This document shows positions 23,983-35,422 of a stretch of 35,422 nt of DNA, piece by piece (positions within the stretch are counted from its first letter, which is position 1; every line of letters starts with the position of its first letter). The translations under genes and the position numbers were made by a program. The notes beneath the pieces were generated by a model that saw only the letters and a list, made by a program, of their open reading frames with translations, had not been told where the DNA came from and did no database searches. The stretch spans positions 1 to 35,422 of the forward strand of contig CAYTTU010000246.1 of NCBI GenBank assembly GCA_964440905.1, given 5' to 3'. Origin of the DNA: an uncultured Acidimicrobiia bacterium. GTDB lineage: Bacteria > Actinomycetota > Acidimicrobiia > Spongiisociales > UBA11373.

Positions 23983-25089
23983 ATGCGCACGATGACACGA
24001 AGCCTGATTTCCGTCACGACGCTCTTCGCCGCCCTCACCGTGGCGATACCGGTGTCACAGGCCAACCACCAGGCTCCCTTTGATGGTCCCGAACATGAGT
24101 ACGGGGAGAAGGTGGACTATCCGCTCACCTTCCCGGTGGTCGGACAAAACCGCTACACCGCAGGGTTCTGGTCGAATCGCGGCGGCGGGTATCACCACGC
24201 CACCGACATCATGGCCTCCAAGATGACCCCGGTGGTGGCAGTCGCCAGCGGGACGATCAGCTACATCGGGAGCCGGTGCTGCAGTCTGCAGATCAGACAC
24301 GAAGACGGCTGGACCTCCAAGTACATCCACCTCAACAACGACACCCCGGGAACCGACGACGGTCAGGGTTGGGGCATTGCCCCCGGCCTCACCGTGGGCA
24401 CCCGGGTGATCGCCGGACAGCTGATCGGCTGGGTCGGCGACAGTGGCAACGCCGAGGGCACCTCCCCCCACCTCCACTTCGAACTCATGGACAAGGACAA
24501 GGTGCTGGTCGACGCCTATGAGGCACTGCGCTCCGCCCAGACCGGCGCCCCGGTGGCACTGTGCCGGCCCCCCGCCTCGGGAGCGATCGACACCCTCCTC
24601 GGCACCACCAGCCTCATCAAGCGTGACTCCCGGGGCCAGGCGGTGGTGGAACTACAGCGATTCCTCAGCGCCATCGGGTACGACACCGGGAGCATCGACG
24701 GTGTGGTGGGCAACTACACACTCGGCGCCATCCGGGCCTTCCAGGAGGGCCGGGGACTCGACCCCGATGGAGTGGTCGGCGCCACCACCCGCACCCATAT
24801 CGGACAGGTGTATCGCATCATGCCAGCGATGCCGGTGCTCGACGACAGCAATCGCATCATCCGGCCCGGATATCGCGGCGAGGACGTCAAGAACATCCAG
24901 AAGCTGCTTGCAGTGGCCGGGTACGACCCCGGGCCTGCCGACGGCGTCTACGGACCGAAGACCCAGACAGCGGTCTCGACCTTCCAGAAGACGTTCGGCG
25001 GGTTGGTGGTCGACGGCAAGGTTGGACCCAGCACCCGCGACGCACTTGCCGCCTTCCTCGGCCTTGGCGCGTTTGAGGCGTGCGGCTGA
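23983..25089 (+). CDS. secreted M23 metallopeptidase with two C-terminal peptidoglycan-binding (PG_binding_1) repeats
   Basis: 368 aa with a signal peptide. M23 motifs are YHHATDI and GNAEGTSPHLHFEL. Two repeats of the VxxLQxxLxxxGYDxGxxDGxxGxxTxxAxxxFQ type are present. Confidence 0.85.
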   Translation: MRTMTRSLISVTTLFAALTVAIPVSQANHQAPFDGPEHEYGEKVDYPLTFPVVGQNRYTAGFWSNRGGGYHHATDIMASKMTPVVAVASGTISYIGSRCCSLQIRHEDGWTSKYIHLNNDTPGTDDGQGWGIAPGLTVGTRVIAGQLIGWVGDSGNAEGTSPHLHFELMDKDKVLVDAYEALRSAQTGAPVALCRPPASGAIDTLLGTTSLIKRDSRGQAVVELQRFLSAIGYDTGSIDGVVGNYTLGAIRAFQEGRGLDPDGVVGATTRTHIGQVYRIMPAMPVLDDSNRIIRPGYRGEDVKNIQKLLAVAGYDPGPADGVYGPKTQTAVSTFQKTFGGLVVDGKVGPSTRDALAAFLGLGAFEACG

Positions 25090-25553
25090 TCCGGGTTCGC
25101 CTTCTAGCTGCGGCCATCGCAGTGCTGGTGACCGCCACGGCTTGTGGCGACGATGCCGATGGTGTAGCCCGCTACGTGGCGGCAACGGCGGCGATCACCG
25201 AGCAGATGACCCGGGACGTCTTCGCCACCCTTCCCCCCGGCGCGGCCCCCACCCGCGATCAGGTCGCCGCAGTCGTGGCAGTGCGGCGCGCTGCATTCGA
25301 GTCGGTTGGCGCCCTCGACCCTCCCGAGGAGATGGCCCCGGAGCACCAGGCACTGCTCACGGCCATGGGAAGGTTCGTCACCGCCGGGGAGGAGTTCCTG
25401 GCCGGCTCGGCCGGGCTCGACGCCGCCGGTTTCCTCGCCGCCCTCGAAGCGACCACCCACATCGACGCCATCGCCGATGACGTGTCGGCGGCGTGCACCG
25501 CGTGGGAGACCCGGGCTGCCAACCTGGGGAACCCCGTGGAGTTGGGGTGCTGA
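25080..25553 (+). CDS. hypothetical lipoprotein
   Basis: GTG at 25080 overlaps the end of the M23 gene. AAAIAVLVTATAC is a signal peptide with lipobox. 157 aa. Confidence 0.6.
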   Translation: MRLIRVRLLAAAIAVLVTATACGDDADGVARYVAATAAITEQMTRDVFATLPPGAAPTRDQVAAVVAVRRAAFESVGALDPPEEMAPEHQALLTAMGRFVTAGEEFLAGSAGLDAAGFLAALEATTHIDAIADDVSAACTAWETRAANLGNPVELGC

Positions 25554-25554
25554 G

Positions 25555-25582
25555 CTGGGCACTAAGCACTAGGCACTAGGCG
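25555..25582. repeat. tandem heptamer array: CTGGGCA CTAAGCA CTAGGCA CTAGGCG
   Basis: Read directly from the sequence. It starts 2 nt after the lipoprotein stop. Confidence 0.85.
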
Positions 25583-25595
25583 GTATCGTGGCGAA

Positions 25596-26036
25596 ATGGT
25601 CGAGCTCGATGCTGGGTCTGATGCCGATCTCCCCGCTATCCGCGAACTGCTCGACGAGTCCAGCCTTCCGCTCGATGGCTTGATGGCGGTCCCGACGCGG
25701 TGGGTCGTGGCCCGAGATCGAGGCCGCTTGGTCGGCGCCGGGGCGCTCGAGGCCCATGGGAATCACTCACTGCTCCGTTCGCTGGTGGTGGCACCCGACG
25801 TCAGGACGCTTGGAGTCGGATCGGGGATAGTCGGCGAGCTGGAGCGCATCGCCGCGGATCGTGGTTCGGGTGGCATCTACTTGCTCACCGACACGGCGGA
25901 AGGTTTCTTCAAGCGTCGCGGCTACGTGCGGATCGACCGCGATGCGGCACCGGATGCGGTTCGACGGTCGGAGGAGTGGGCGGTGACGTGCTCTGCTTCG
26001 GCGACTCCGATGGTGCGGGCCGACCAGGTCATCTAG
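25596..26036 (+). CDS. GNAT-family N-acetyltransferase (ArsN2/ArgA-like short form)
   Basis: 146 aa. LLRSLVVAPDVRTLGVGSGIV...IYLLTDTAEGFFKRRGY is an acetyl-CoA-binding GNAT core. The C-terminal CSASATPM resembles ArsN2-type proteins. Confidence 0.78.
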   Translation: MVELDAGSDADLPAIRELLDESSLPLDGLMAVPTRWVVARDRGRLVGAGALEAHGNHSLLRSLVVAPDVRTLGVGSGIVGELERIAADRGSGGIYLLTDTAEGFFKRRGYVRIDRDAAPDAVRRSEEWAVTCSASATPMVRADQVI

Positions 26037-26461
26037 AACCCCCGGGCGAACTGCTCCACCCTGCGTGGGAGGCCCTGCTCGATCGATGCCGAGATGCGGC
26101 TCCAGAACATCCCGGCGAGGAAACCCCGCGGCTTGGCTTCGAGACTCACGTCGATGACAGTTCCGCCCGGATCGGGTCGCATCCCCACGGTAAGAGTGCC
26201 CTCGATCTCTGACGACTTCAGCCCGAGTGCGAGGGTGGCGCCCGGTCGGGACTCGACGACCCGGGCGGTTCCGCGATGCCGGCTCCCTCCGACGGCTGCG
26301 GTCCAGTCGAAACCGATCAGGCGATCACCGTGGCTCTGCTCATTGGAGACCGTGTCCATGACCCCGAGGCCAAGCCATGTCTCAGCCCTCTGCAAGCGCA
26401 CCCAAACGGTCATCGGATCAGCAGCGGTCAGGGCGGAGTGGCGAAACGCTGCGGGGGCCAT
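26033..26461 (-). CDS. SRPBCC-superfamily (START/polyketide cyclase-like) protein
   Basis: 142 aa. The size and beta-rich pattern, with a C-terminal helix, are typical of SRPBCC. It is convergent with the GNAT gene and overlaps it by 4 nt. Confidence 0.65.
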   Translation of the reverse strand: MAPAAFRHSALTAADPMTVWVRLQRAETWLGLGVMDTVSNEQSHGDRLIGFDWTAAVGGSRHRGTARVVESRPGATLALGLKSSEIEGTLTVGMRPDPGGTVIDVSLEAKPRGFLAGMFWSRISASIEQGLPRRVEQFARGF

Positions 26462-26467
26462 GCCGGA

Positions 26468-26502
26468 AACCTAGTGCCAAGTGCCTAGTGCTTAGTGCCT
26501 AC
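26468..26502. repeat. tandem heptamer array: AACCTAG TGCCAAG TGCCTAG TGCTTAG TGCCTAC (inverted relative to 25555-25582)
   Basis: Read directly from the sequence. Positions 26482-26499 are the exact reverse complement of 25558-25575 (18 nt). The last unit contains the atpC stop. Confidence 0.85.
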
Positions 26503-26810
26503 TCCTGAGCCAGCGCTTCGGCCAGGTCGCGCGCCGCGGCCTTGTCCCCGGCAGCGACCTCGGCGCGATCGGTGAGCAGGGTGACCTCGTTGCGGAAGAT
26601 CTGCAGGAACCCGCCGTGCACCGCCAGGGTGATGACCTTGCCACCGGCGTGAATCTCGGCAGAACCGGTGGCCAGCGCCGCCATCGTCGGCTCGTGATCG
26701 GCGAGGATGCCGATCTCTCCCTCGGTGGTGCGGCAGACGAGCATCTCAGCCTCCCCGGACCACACGATGGATTCGGGGGAGACGACCTCCAAGCGGAACG
26801 TCTTGGCCAT
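26499..26810 (-). CDS. atpC: F1 ATP synthase epsilon subunit (short form)
   Basis: 103 aa. LEVVSPE...W.GEAEMLV..T.EGEIGIL..H.P is a typical epsilon N-terminal domain. It is the last gene of the atp operon. Confidence 0.9.
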   Translation of the reverse strand: MAKTFRLEVVSPESIVWSGEAEMLVCRTTEGEIGILADHEPTMAALATGSAEIHAGGKVITLAVHGGFLQIFRNEVTLLTDRAEVAAGDKAAARDLAEALAQE

Positions 26811-26820
26811 CAGTCGATCC

Positions 26821-28266
<1,446 letters not shown>

Positions 28267-29142
28267 TCAGCCGCGGGTCAGCGCCTCGGCGCCGCCCACG
28301 ATCTCGGAAATCTCGGTGGTGATCTCGGCCTGCCGGGCCTGGTTGGCCTGGCGGCTGAGCACCCGCGTCAGCTCGTCTGCGTTCTCGGTCGCGGCTTTCA
28401 TCGCTCGCCGCCGGGCGGCGTGCTCCGAGGCCGATGCCTCGAGCAGGACGCCGAATGCCGCTGCCTCGACATAACGGGGCAGCAGTCGGCCGAGAATGGC
28501 TTCGGGGTTGGGCTCGTATGTGTACCCGACCGGGACGGTGGTCCCCAGCTCCTCGGGCGGAGCGATCGGGAGCAACACTCGTGGCATCGCCGTCTGGGTC
28601 AGGGCCGACACGTACCGGGTGGTGAACACCTCCAGCGTGTCGATGGTGCCCTCGGCGAAGTCGTTCATTACGACATTGGCCACGGCGCGGGCGTCGCCGT
28701 ATCCCGGGGTGTCGGTCACCCCAAGGAAAGCCTGCTGGATCAGGTATCCGCGATAGCGGAAGTAGGACTGGGCCTTGCGACCCACCACATATACCCGCAC
28801 GTCGGTGCCCGCCCTGGTGAGCTCGATCAGGCGAGTCTCGGCGAGACGCATCACGTTGCCGTTGTAGGCGCCAGCCAGGCCACGGTCGGAAGTGACCACC
28901 AGCACCCCCGCGGTGCGAACCGGGCGCACCTCGAGCAGCGGATGGGACGCTCCGCCGGAGGCCGCAGCCACGTTGCGGATCACCTCATCCATCTTGCGGA
29001 TGTAGGGCTGGGCGGCGGCGACCCGCTGCTGGGCCCGGGCGATTCGCGAGGTGGCGATCAGCTCCATGGCGCGCGTGATCTTCATCGTCGAGCGCACGCT
29101 CTTGATGCGGCGCTGGATACGGCGGAGCTCGGCGCTGGCCAT
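28267..29142 (-). CDS. atpG: F1 ATP synthase gamma subunit
   Basis: 291 aa. RIKSVRSTMKITRAMELIA at the N-terminus and ITTEISEIVGGAEAL at the C-terminus. Confidence 0.95.
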   Translation of the reverse strand: MASAELRRIQRRIKSVRSTMKITRAMELIATSRIARAQQRVAAAQPYIRKMDEVIRNVAAASGGASHPLLEVRPVRTAGVLVVTSDRGLAGAYNGNVMRLAETRLIELTRAGTDVRVYVVGRKAQSYFRYRGYLIQQAFLGVTDTPGYGDARAVANVVMNDFAEGTIDTLEVFTTRYVSALTQTAMPRVLLPIAPPEELGTTVPVGYTYEPNPEAILGRLLPRYVEAAAFGVLLEASASEHAARRRAMKAATENADELTRVLSRQANQARQAEITTEISEIVGGAEALTRG

Positions 29143-29147
29143 GGTCG

Positions 29148-30662
<1,515 letters not shown>

Positions 30663-30675
30663 GGGAAGTCTCTCC

Positions 30676-31215
30676 TCAACGCTTGTTCAGGGTCTCGCGG
30701 AGTTGCTGCAGGCGGTGGCTCACGGTGCCGTCGATGACCACGTCGCCGACCCGGGCCACCACCCCGCCGATGACGCTGGGGTCGACCACGACCTTCACCT
30801 CGACGTCTCGGCCGGTCGCCTTGCTCAGGGCGGCGGTGAGCCGATCCAGGGTGGGCTGGTCGAGCTCGACGGCAGTGCGCACCTCGGCCACCGCCTTGTC
30901 ACGGGCCGCGGCGGCTCGCCCCGCCACCCGGTCCGCGATCGCCGGCAGATCGGCGGCCCGGCCGGCGCTCACCACGAAGCCGATCAGATTGATGGTCAGC
31001 GGCGAAGTCTTGGCTCCGAGCAGGTCGTCGATGACACCCTTCTTGCGCTCCACCGGGATGCGGGGATCGGTCAACGCTTCGCGCAGCGGGCCGGAAGACT
31101 CGAAGGTGCGAGCGATCCGGAACAACTCGTCACCCACGCGATCCAGCACGCCTTCTGCCCCCGCCACCTCGAGGATGGCTGCGGCGTAGCCGTCGATGCG
31201 GTCCGCGGCGGCCAT
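30676..31215 (-). CDS. atpH: F1 ATP synthase delta subunit (OSCP)
   Basis: ATG at 31215 overlaps the atpF stop (TGATG) and gives 179 aa. The C-terminal [22 protein letters not shown] is typical of delta. The longer 320-aa ORF has an Arg/Gly-rich artefactual extension. Confidence 0.9.
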   Translation of the reverse strand: MAAADRIDGYAAAILEVAGAEGVLDRVGDELFRIARTFESSGPLREALTDPRIPVERKKGVIDDLLGAKTSPLTINLIGFVVSAGRAADLPAIADRVAGRAAAARDKAVAEVRTAVELDQPTLDRLTAALSKATGRDVEVKVVVDPSVIGGVVARVGDVVIDGTVSHRLQQLRETLNKR

Positions 31216-31793
31216 CAGGGGCGCAACCCCCCCAGCTCGGCGATGTACTGCTCGACAAGCTTCTGCTGCGCCTTGGCATCCACCGCCCCCACCACCGCCT
31301 TTTCGGCGACGGCGAGCGACAGGGTGGCCACCTCGGCACGGATGGCGGCGGCGGCACGATCCATCTCGCCGGCGGCCTCCTCGCGCGCCTTGCGGACGAT
31401 GTCCGCGGCCTCGGTGCCCGCACGGGTGGCGGTTTCGGCCCGCAGCGCCTCGGCGGTGCCACGCGCCTCCTCGACGATGCGGTTGGCCTCGTCGCGAGCC
31501 CCAGCGACCTGCTTGCGGTAGTCGTCGAGCAGGCTCTCGGCCTCGAGCTTGGTCGCCTCCGCCGCTTTGAGCTGGCCGGTGATGGCGTCCTGGCGGGCGG
31601 CCAGCGTTCGGGCGATGGCGGGACGGGCCCAGACCCACACGACCACGAACACGATCGCAAACGCGATGACGCCGGCGATCAGCTCGTTGATCTCGGGGAG
31701 CACCAGGTCGAGACCCGATGGCTCCGCCGTATGCGGCTCCTCCACGACCTCCCCCGCCTGAAGCAGGAGACGTCGCAACAGATTTAACATCAC
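31215..31793 (-). CDS. atpF: Fo ATP synthase b subunit
   Basis: 192 aa with a single transmembrane helix (INELIAGVIAFAIVFVVVWVW) followed by a long charged helix. The start is GTG at 31793 or ATG at 31790. Confidence 0.85.
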   Translation of the reverse strand: MMLNLLRRLLLQAGEVVEEPHTAEPSGLDLVLPEINELIAGVIAFAIVFVVVWVWARPAIARTLAARQDAITGQLKAAEATKLEAESLLDDYRKQVAGARDEANRIVEEARGTAEALRAETATRAGTEAADIVRKAREEAAGEMDRAAAAIRAEVATLSLAVAEKAVVGAVDAKAQQKLVEQYIAELGGLRP

Positions 31794-31809
31794 TGTGTGG
31801 TCCCTCCGC

Positions 31810-32842
<1,033 letters not shown>

Positions 32843-32855
<13 letters not shown>

Positions 32856-33244
32856 TCCAGCTCCCTTTCCTGTCCCCTCGACACCGCCACAGCCTCCCAG
32901 CCGAGCAGGCTCAGATACGCCACCACAACGGTGATGCCCAGTGCGATCCGATCGACGTCGGTCACCCGCGCCACCGTCAGCATCGTCAATGCGATGAGGC
33001 CGAGCCGCAGGAAGAACCCGAGCAGGGCGGCGGCATGATAGGCAGCCAGGGAGAGCCTCGCCGCCACCGACAGCATCGCTCCACTCAGCAGGAAGTAGGC
33101 AGCGACAATGACGATGCCAAGCGCCGCGGCGATGGCGCCGGCGCCGCCGCGGGCGAACCAAAACGCCCCGATCAGCAGCGGCCCGACCACCACGGCGCGG
33201 CGCACCGTGTGTCGGGCGAGCACCGACTCGATATCAGGAGTCAC
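32843..33244 (-). CDS. atpI: ATP synthase protein I-like membrane protein
   Basis: 133 aa with 4 hydrophobic helices. It sits immediately upstream of atpB and overlaps it. Confidence 0.6.
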
Positions 33245-33446
33245 GCTGTGCCACCTGCCACATCCTCCAGAACCCGATGACGGAGCCGCTGATGATGCCG
33301 AGGATCACCAGGGTCGGTGACGTGTCCAGCCAGGCGTCGAGACCCAGCCCGAGGAGCATGCCGGTGAGAATCGAGGCGAAGAATGTGGCGGTGTGATGCT
33401 GCGCAGCCACCGCCCGGCCCAGCTCCTCGTGGTACGACCTGCTCAC
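33234..33446 (-). CDS. AtpZ/AtpI-family small membrane protein
   Basis: 70 aa with two transmembrane helices (FFASILTGMLLGLGLDAWL and LVILGIISGSVIGFW). It is the first gene of the atp operon. Confidence 0.65.
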   Translation of the reverse strand: MSRSYHEELGRAVAAQHHTATFFASILTGMLLGLGLDAWLDTSPTLVILGIISGSVIGFWRMWQVAQRDS

Positions 33447-33481
33447 GCCCCCCCGCCGTCCTCGCTTGTGCCTGTTTTCAC

Positions 33482-33510
33482 AATGTACGCGAGGGTCATG
33501 GCGGAGACAA
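33482..33510 (-). promoter_or_regulatory. candidate atp operon promoter (TTGTCT-17 nt-TACATT on minus strand)
   Basis: Hexamers read directly from the sequence as reverse complements of 33505-33510 and 33482-33487. The -10 lies about 36 nt upstream of the atpZ start. Confidence 0.35.
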
Positions 33511-33524
33511 ATCGCCCGGCACGA

Positions 33525-34796
33525 TCACACATGCCCGGGGAAGTCCGGCGGATACGCCGGAAAGGCAGCCGCCAATTCGGCCACCCGGGCCCGCACCGCG
33601 ACGAGCGCCGAGTCGTCGCCCCGCCCCCGCAGCGCCCCCGCCACCAGGCGGCCCACCTCGGCGACCTCTTGCTCCCCCATCCCGCACGTGGTGGCGGCGG
33701 GAAGTCCGATCCGCAGCCCGGTAGCCCGGTATGGGGGCCGGGGATCGAACGGAATCGTGTTGAAGTTGACCGTGATCCCCACCGTGGTCAGCAGCCGCGC
33801 CGCATCCCGGCCGGTCAGTTCCTCGTCGACCGAGCGCAGATCGATCAGGAATAGGTGGTTGTCGGTTCCGCCCGAGACGACCCGCAGCCCCTCCCCTTGC
33901 ACCGCGTCGGCCATGGCCGATGCGTTGCCAACGATTTGGGCGGCATAGGAGCGAAACTCCGGGGTGGCAGCCTCGTGGAAGCACACCGCCTTTGCCGCGA
34001 TCTGGTTGTTGATCGGTCCGCCCTGGGCGTTGGGAAACACTCCCTTGTCGATCGCGGCGGCGTGCTCCTGGCGGCACAGGACCATCCCTCCGCGGGGACC
34101 GCGCAGCGCCTTGTGGGTGGTGGCGGTCACGACGTCGGCGAACGGCACCGGGTTGGAGTGCGCTCCGCCGGCGACCAATCCGATGATGTGGGCGGCATCG
34201 ACCATGAGCAGTGCCCCCACCTCGTCGGCGATGGCGCGGAACCCCGCCCAGTCGAGGATGCGGGAGTAGGCCGAGTAACCGGCGACGATCATCCGGGGAC
34301 GCTCCCGGCGGGCCACCGCCGCCACCTCGCCCATGTCGACCAGCTCGGTGGTGGCGTCCACGCCATAGGCGACGAAGTCGTAGAGCATCCCCGAGAAGTT
34401 CACCGGGGAGCCATGGGTGAGGTGCCCGCCCTGGTCGAGGCGCATCCCCAGCACCTTGTCGCCCGGCTTGAGCAGCCCGAAGTACACCCCCATGTTGGCC
34501 TGGGCACCGCTATGAGCCTGGACATTGGCGTGGTCGGCGCCGAAAAGCCGGCAGGCGCGATCGGCAGCGAGGGCTTCGACCTCGTCGATCACCTCGCAGC
34601 CTTCGTAGTACCGCTTGCCGGGATAGCCCTCCGAGTACTTGTTGGTGAGCACCGATCCGGAAGCCTGCATCACCGCTCGGGAGACGAAGTTCTCCGAGGC
34701 AATCAGCTGGATGTGGGTGCGTTGCCTGGTGACGTCCCGGGAGATCAGGGTGGCGACTTCGGGGTCGACGGATTCGATGGGAGCGGCGGCGTCCAT
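33525..34796 (-). CDS. glyA: serine hydroxymethyltransferase
   Basis: The ATG at 34796 has a GGAGG 5 nt upstream. 423 aa with LIASENF, NKYSEGYPGKRYY and the TTTHKALRGPRGG PLP-lysine motif. Confidence 0.96.
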   Translation of the reverse strand: MDAAAPIESVDPEVATLISRDVTRQRTHIQLIASENFVSRAVMQASGSVLTNKYSEGYPGKRYYEGCEVIDEVEALAADRACRLFGADHANVQAHSGAQANMGVYFGLLKPGDKVLGMRLDQGGHLTHGSPVNFSGMLYDFVAYGVDATTELVDMGEVAAVARRERPRMIVAGYSAYSRILDWAGFRAIADEVGALLMVDAAHIIGLVAGGAHSNPVPFADVVTATTHKALRGPRGGMVLCRQEHAAAIDKGVFPNAQGGPINNQIAAKAVCFHEAATPEFRSYAAQIVGNASAMADAVQGEGLRVVSGGTDNHLFLIDLRSVDEELTGRDAARLLTTVGITVNFNTIPFDPRPPYRATGLRIGLPAATTCGMGEQEVAEVGRLVAGALRGRGDDSALVAVRARVAELAAAFPAYPPDFPGHV

Positions 34797-34827
34797 GGTG
34801 ACCTCCACTGCCGAGGCTAGCCGTGGG

Positions 34828-35385
34828 TCAGATTGCGGGACGCGCCGCGGCGATGCGGTCCCCCGCCATCAGCGCCGGGAACGGGAGGAAAGGCGCCGCC
34901 ACCAGCGCCGTCAACGGGGAGAGCACGTAGAGCAACAAGGTGATGAGCGCGGTGAGGCTCACCGCCAGAATGCGGGGGGCCGGGCGGCTCGGCGGGTCAC
35001 TCCGCAGCACGAAAGCCCCGGCGACACCGAAGGCGAGCACGAGTGACGAGGTGGGCTCCTTTATGAGCGTGCCGATGGCGATGTAGCCGCTCACCGCCAG
35101 GGGACTTGCCAGCAGCACCCGGCGGAAGGCCTGCGGGGTGCGCGACACCCGGGCGAGGATGGTGAATGCGACCGGAATCAGCACCACCGCCACCGCCACC
35201 GCGAGTCGCTCCATCGCCACCGCCTCCGGGTCACCCGGGTCGCCCTCATTCACCGCGACGGCCACCGCGCTGGCCACCGCGCTGGCCACCGCGCCGAACG
35301 AAAGTACCAACACCAGGGTGGCGACCAGCACTGCCGCCCACAGGCGGCGCCGCGTCGGAGGCGCCACGGCCGGCGGCTCACCCAA
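34828..35385 (-). CDS. hypothetical membrane protein
   Basis: 185-aa hydrophobic ORF with an apparent TTG start. No family recognised and the start is uncertain. Confidence 0.45.
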   Translation of the reverse strand: MGEPPAVAPPTRRRLWAAVLVATLVLVLSFGAVASAVASAVAVAVNEGDPGDPEAVAMERLAVAVAVVLIPVAFTILARVSRTPQAFRRVLLASPLAVSGYIAIGTLIKEPTSSLVLAFGVAGAFVLRSDPPSRPAPRILAVSLTALITLLLYVLSPLTALVAAPFLPFPALMAGDRIAAARPAI

Positions 35386-35422
35386 AGCCGGTGCGAGGAC
35401 CGATCGCGGGCGGCGCCGACCG

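Noticed and set aside
25596-26036. Arsenic-resistance island, suggested by the ArsN2-like GNAT
   Set aside because: No arsR, arsB, acr3, arsC or arsM genes are nearby. The resemblance is limited to general GNAT features and a C-terminal Cys-containing motif, so only a generic GNAT call is made.
25555-26502. Insertion sequence or MITE interpretation of the inverted-array-flanked GNAT/SRPBCC module
   Set aside because: No transposase, integrase or recombinase ORF is present, and I could not identify clear target-site duplications. It is kept as a finding (cassette-like architecture) but not called a mobile element.
34797-34827. ZTP/THF-type riboswitch upstream of glyA
   Set aside because: Only about 30 nt separate the glyA start from the upstream gene stop, which is too short for any known riboswitch aptamer.

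Overview
This is a visibly GC-rich chromosomal segment with G/C-dominated third codon positions and many 4-nt start/stop overlaps. The gene content looks Actinomycetota-like, possibly Acidimicrobiia. That placement is an inference from NiSOD sodN/sodX, KorAB, a MshB-like deacetylase and apparently leaderless starts. The gene map runs as follows. (1) 2-670: pgl. (2) 678-6363, minus strand: a tightly packed bacterial microcompartment (BMC) operon. It encodes RpiB, deoxyribose-phosphate aldolase, a double-stacking-type BMC-T, a BMC-H, three BMC-P paralogues, a CoA-acylating aldehyde dehydrogenase, a PduT-like BMC-T and a trailing lipoprotein. This is a sugar-phosphate-utilisation (SPU)-like metabolosome with no phosphotransacylase or alcohol dehydrogenase in view. 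(3) 6364-6594: a divergent control region made of inverted heptamer arrays, followed by an HTH/coiled-coil protein. (4) 7217-10677: an ATPase-permease-ATPase-permease ABC-2 operon. (5) 10793-16514: a BON-LysM protein, MurJ, divergent sodN/sodX, a DUF3048 lipoprotein and an amidase. (6) 16629-19534: korAB. (7) 19571-26461: a membrane protein, a methyltransferase, lipoproteins, a PIG-L deacetylase, CapA, an M23 peptidase with peptidoglycan-binding domains, a GNAT and an SRPBCC protein. (8) 26499-33446, minus strand: a complete F1Fo ATP synthase operon (atpZ-I-B-E-F-H-A-G-D-C). (9) 33525-35385: glyA and a membrane protein. The two most interesting signals are the SPU-like BMC locus and a recurrent class of short tandem heptamer arrays. 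The BMC enzymes all carry N-terminal encapsulation-peptide-like helices, and the PduT-like shell protein has His where PduT has its Fe-S ligand Cys. The heptamer arrays differ in unit sequence from spacer to spacer, sit exactly at gene ends, and sometimes occur as matched direct or inverted pairs bracketing small gene modules. No rRNA, tRNA, CRISPR array, transposase or integrase was recognised.
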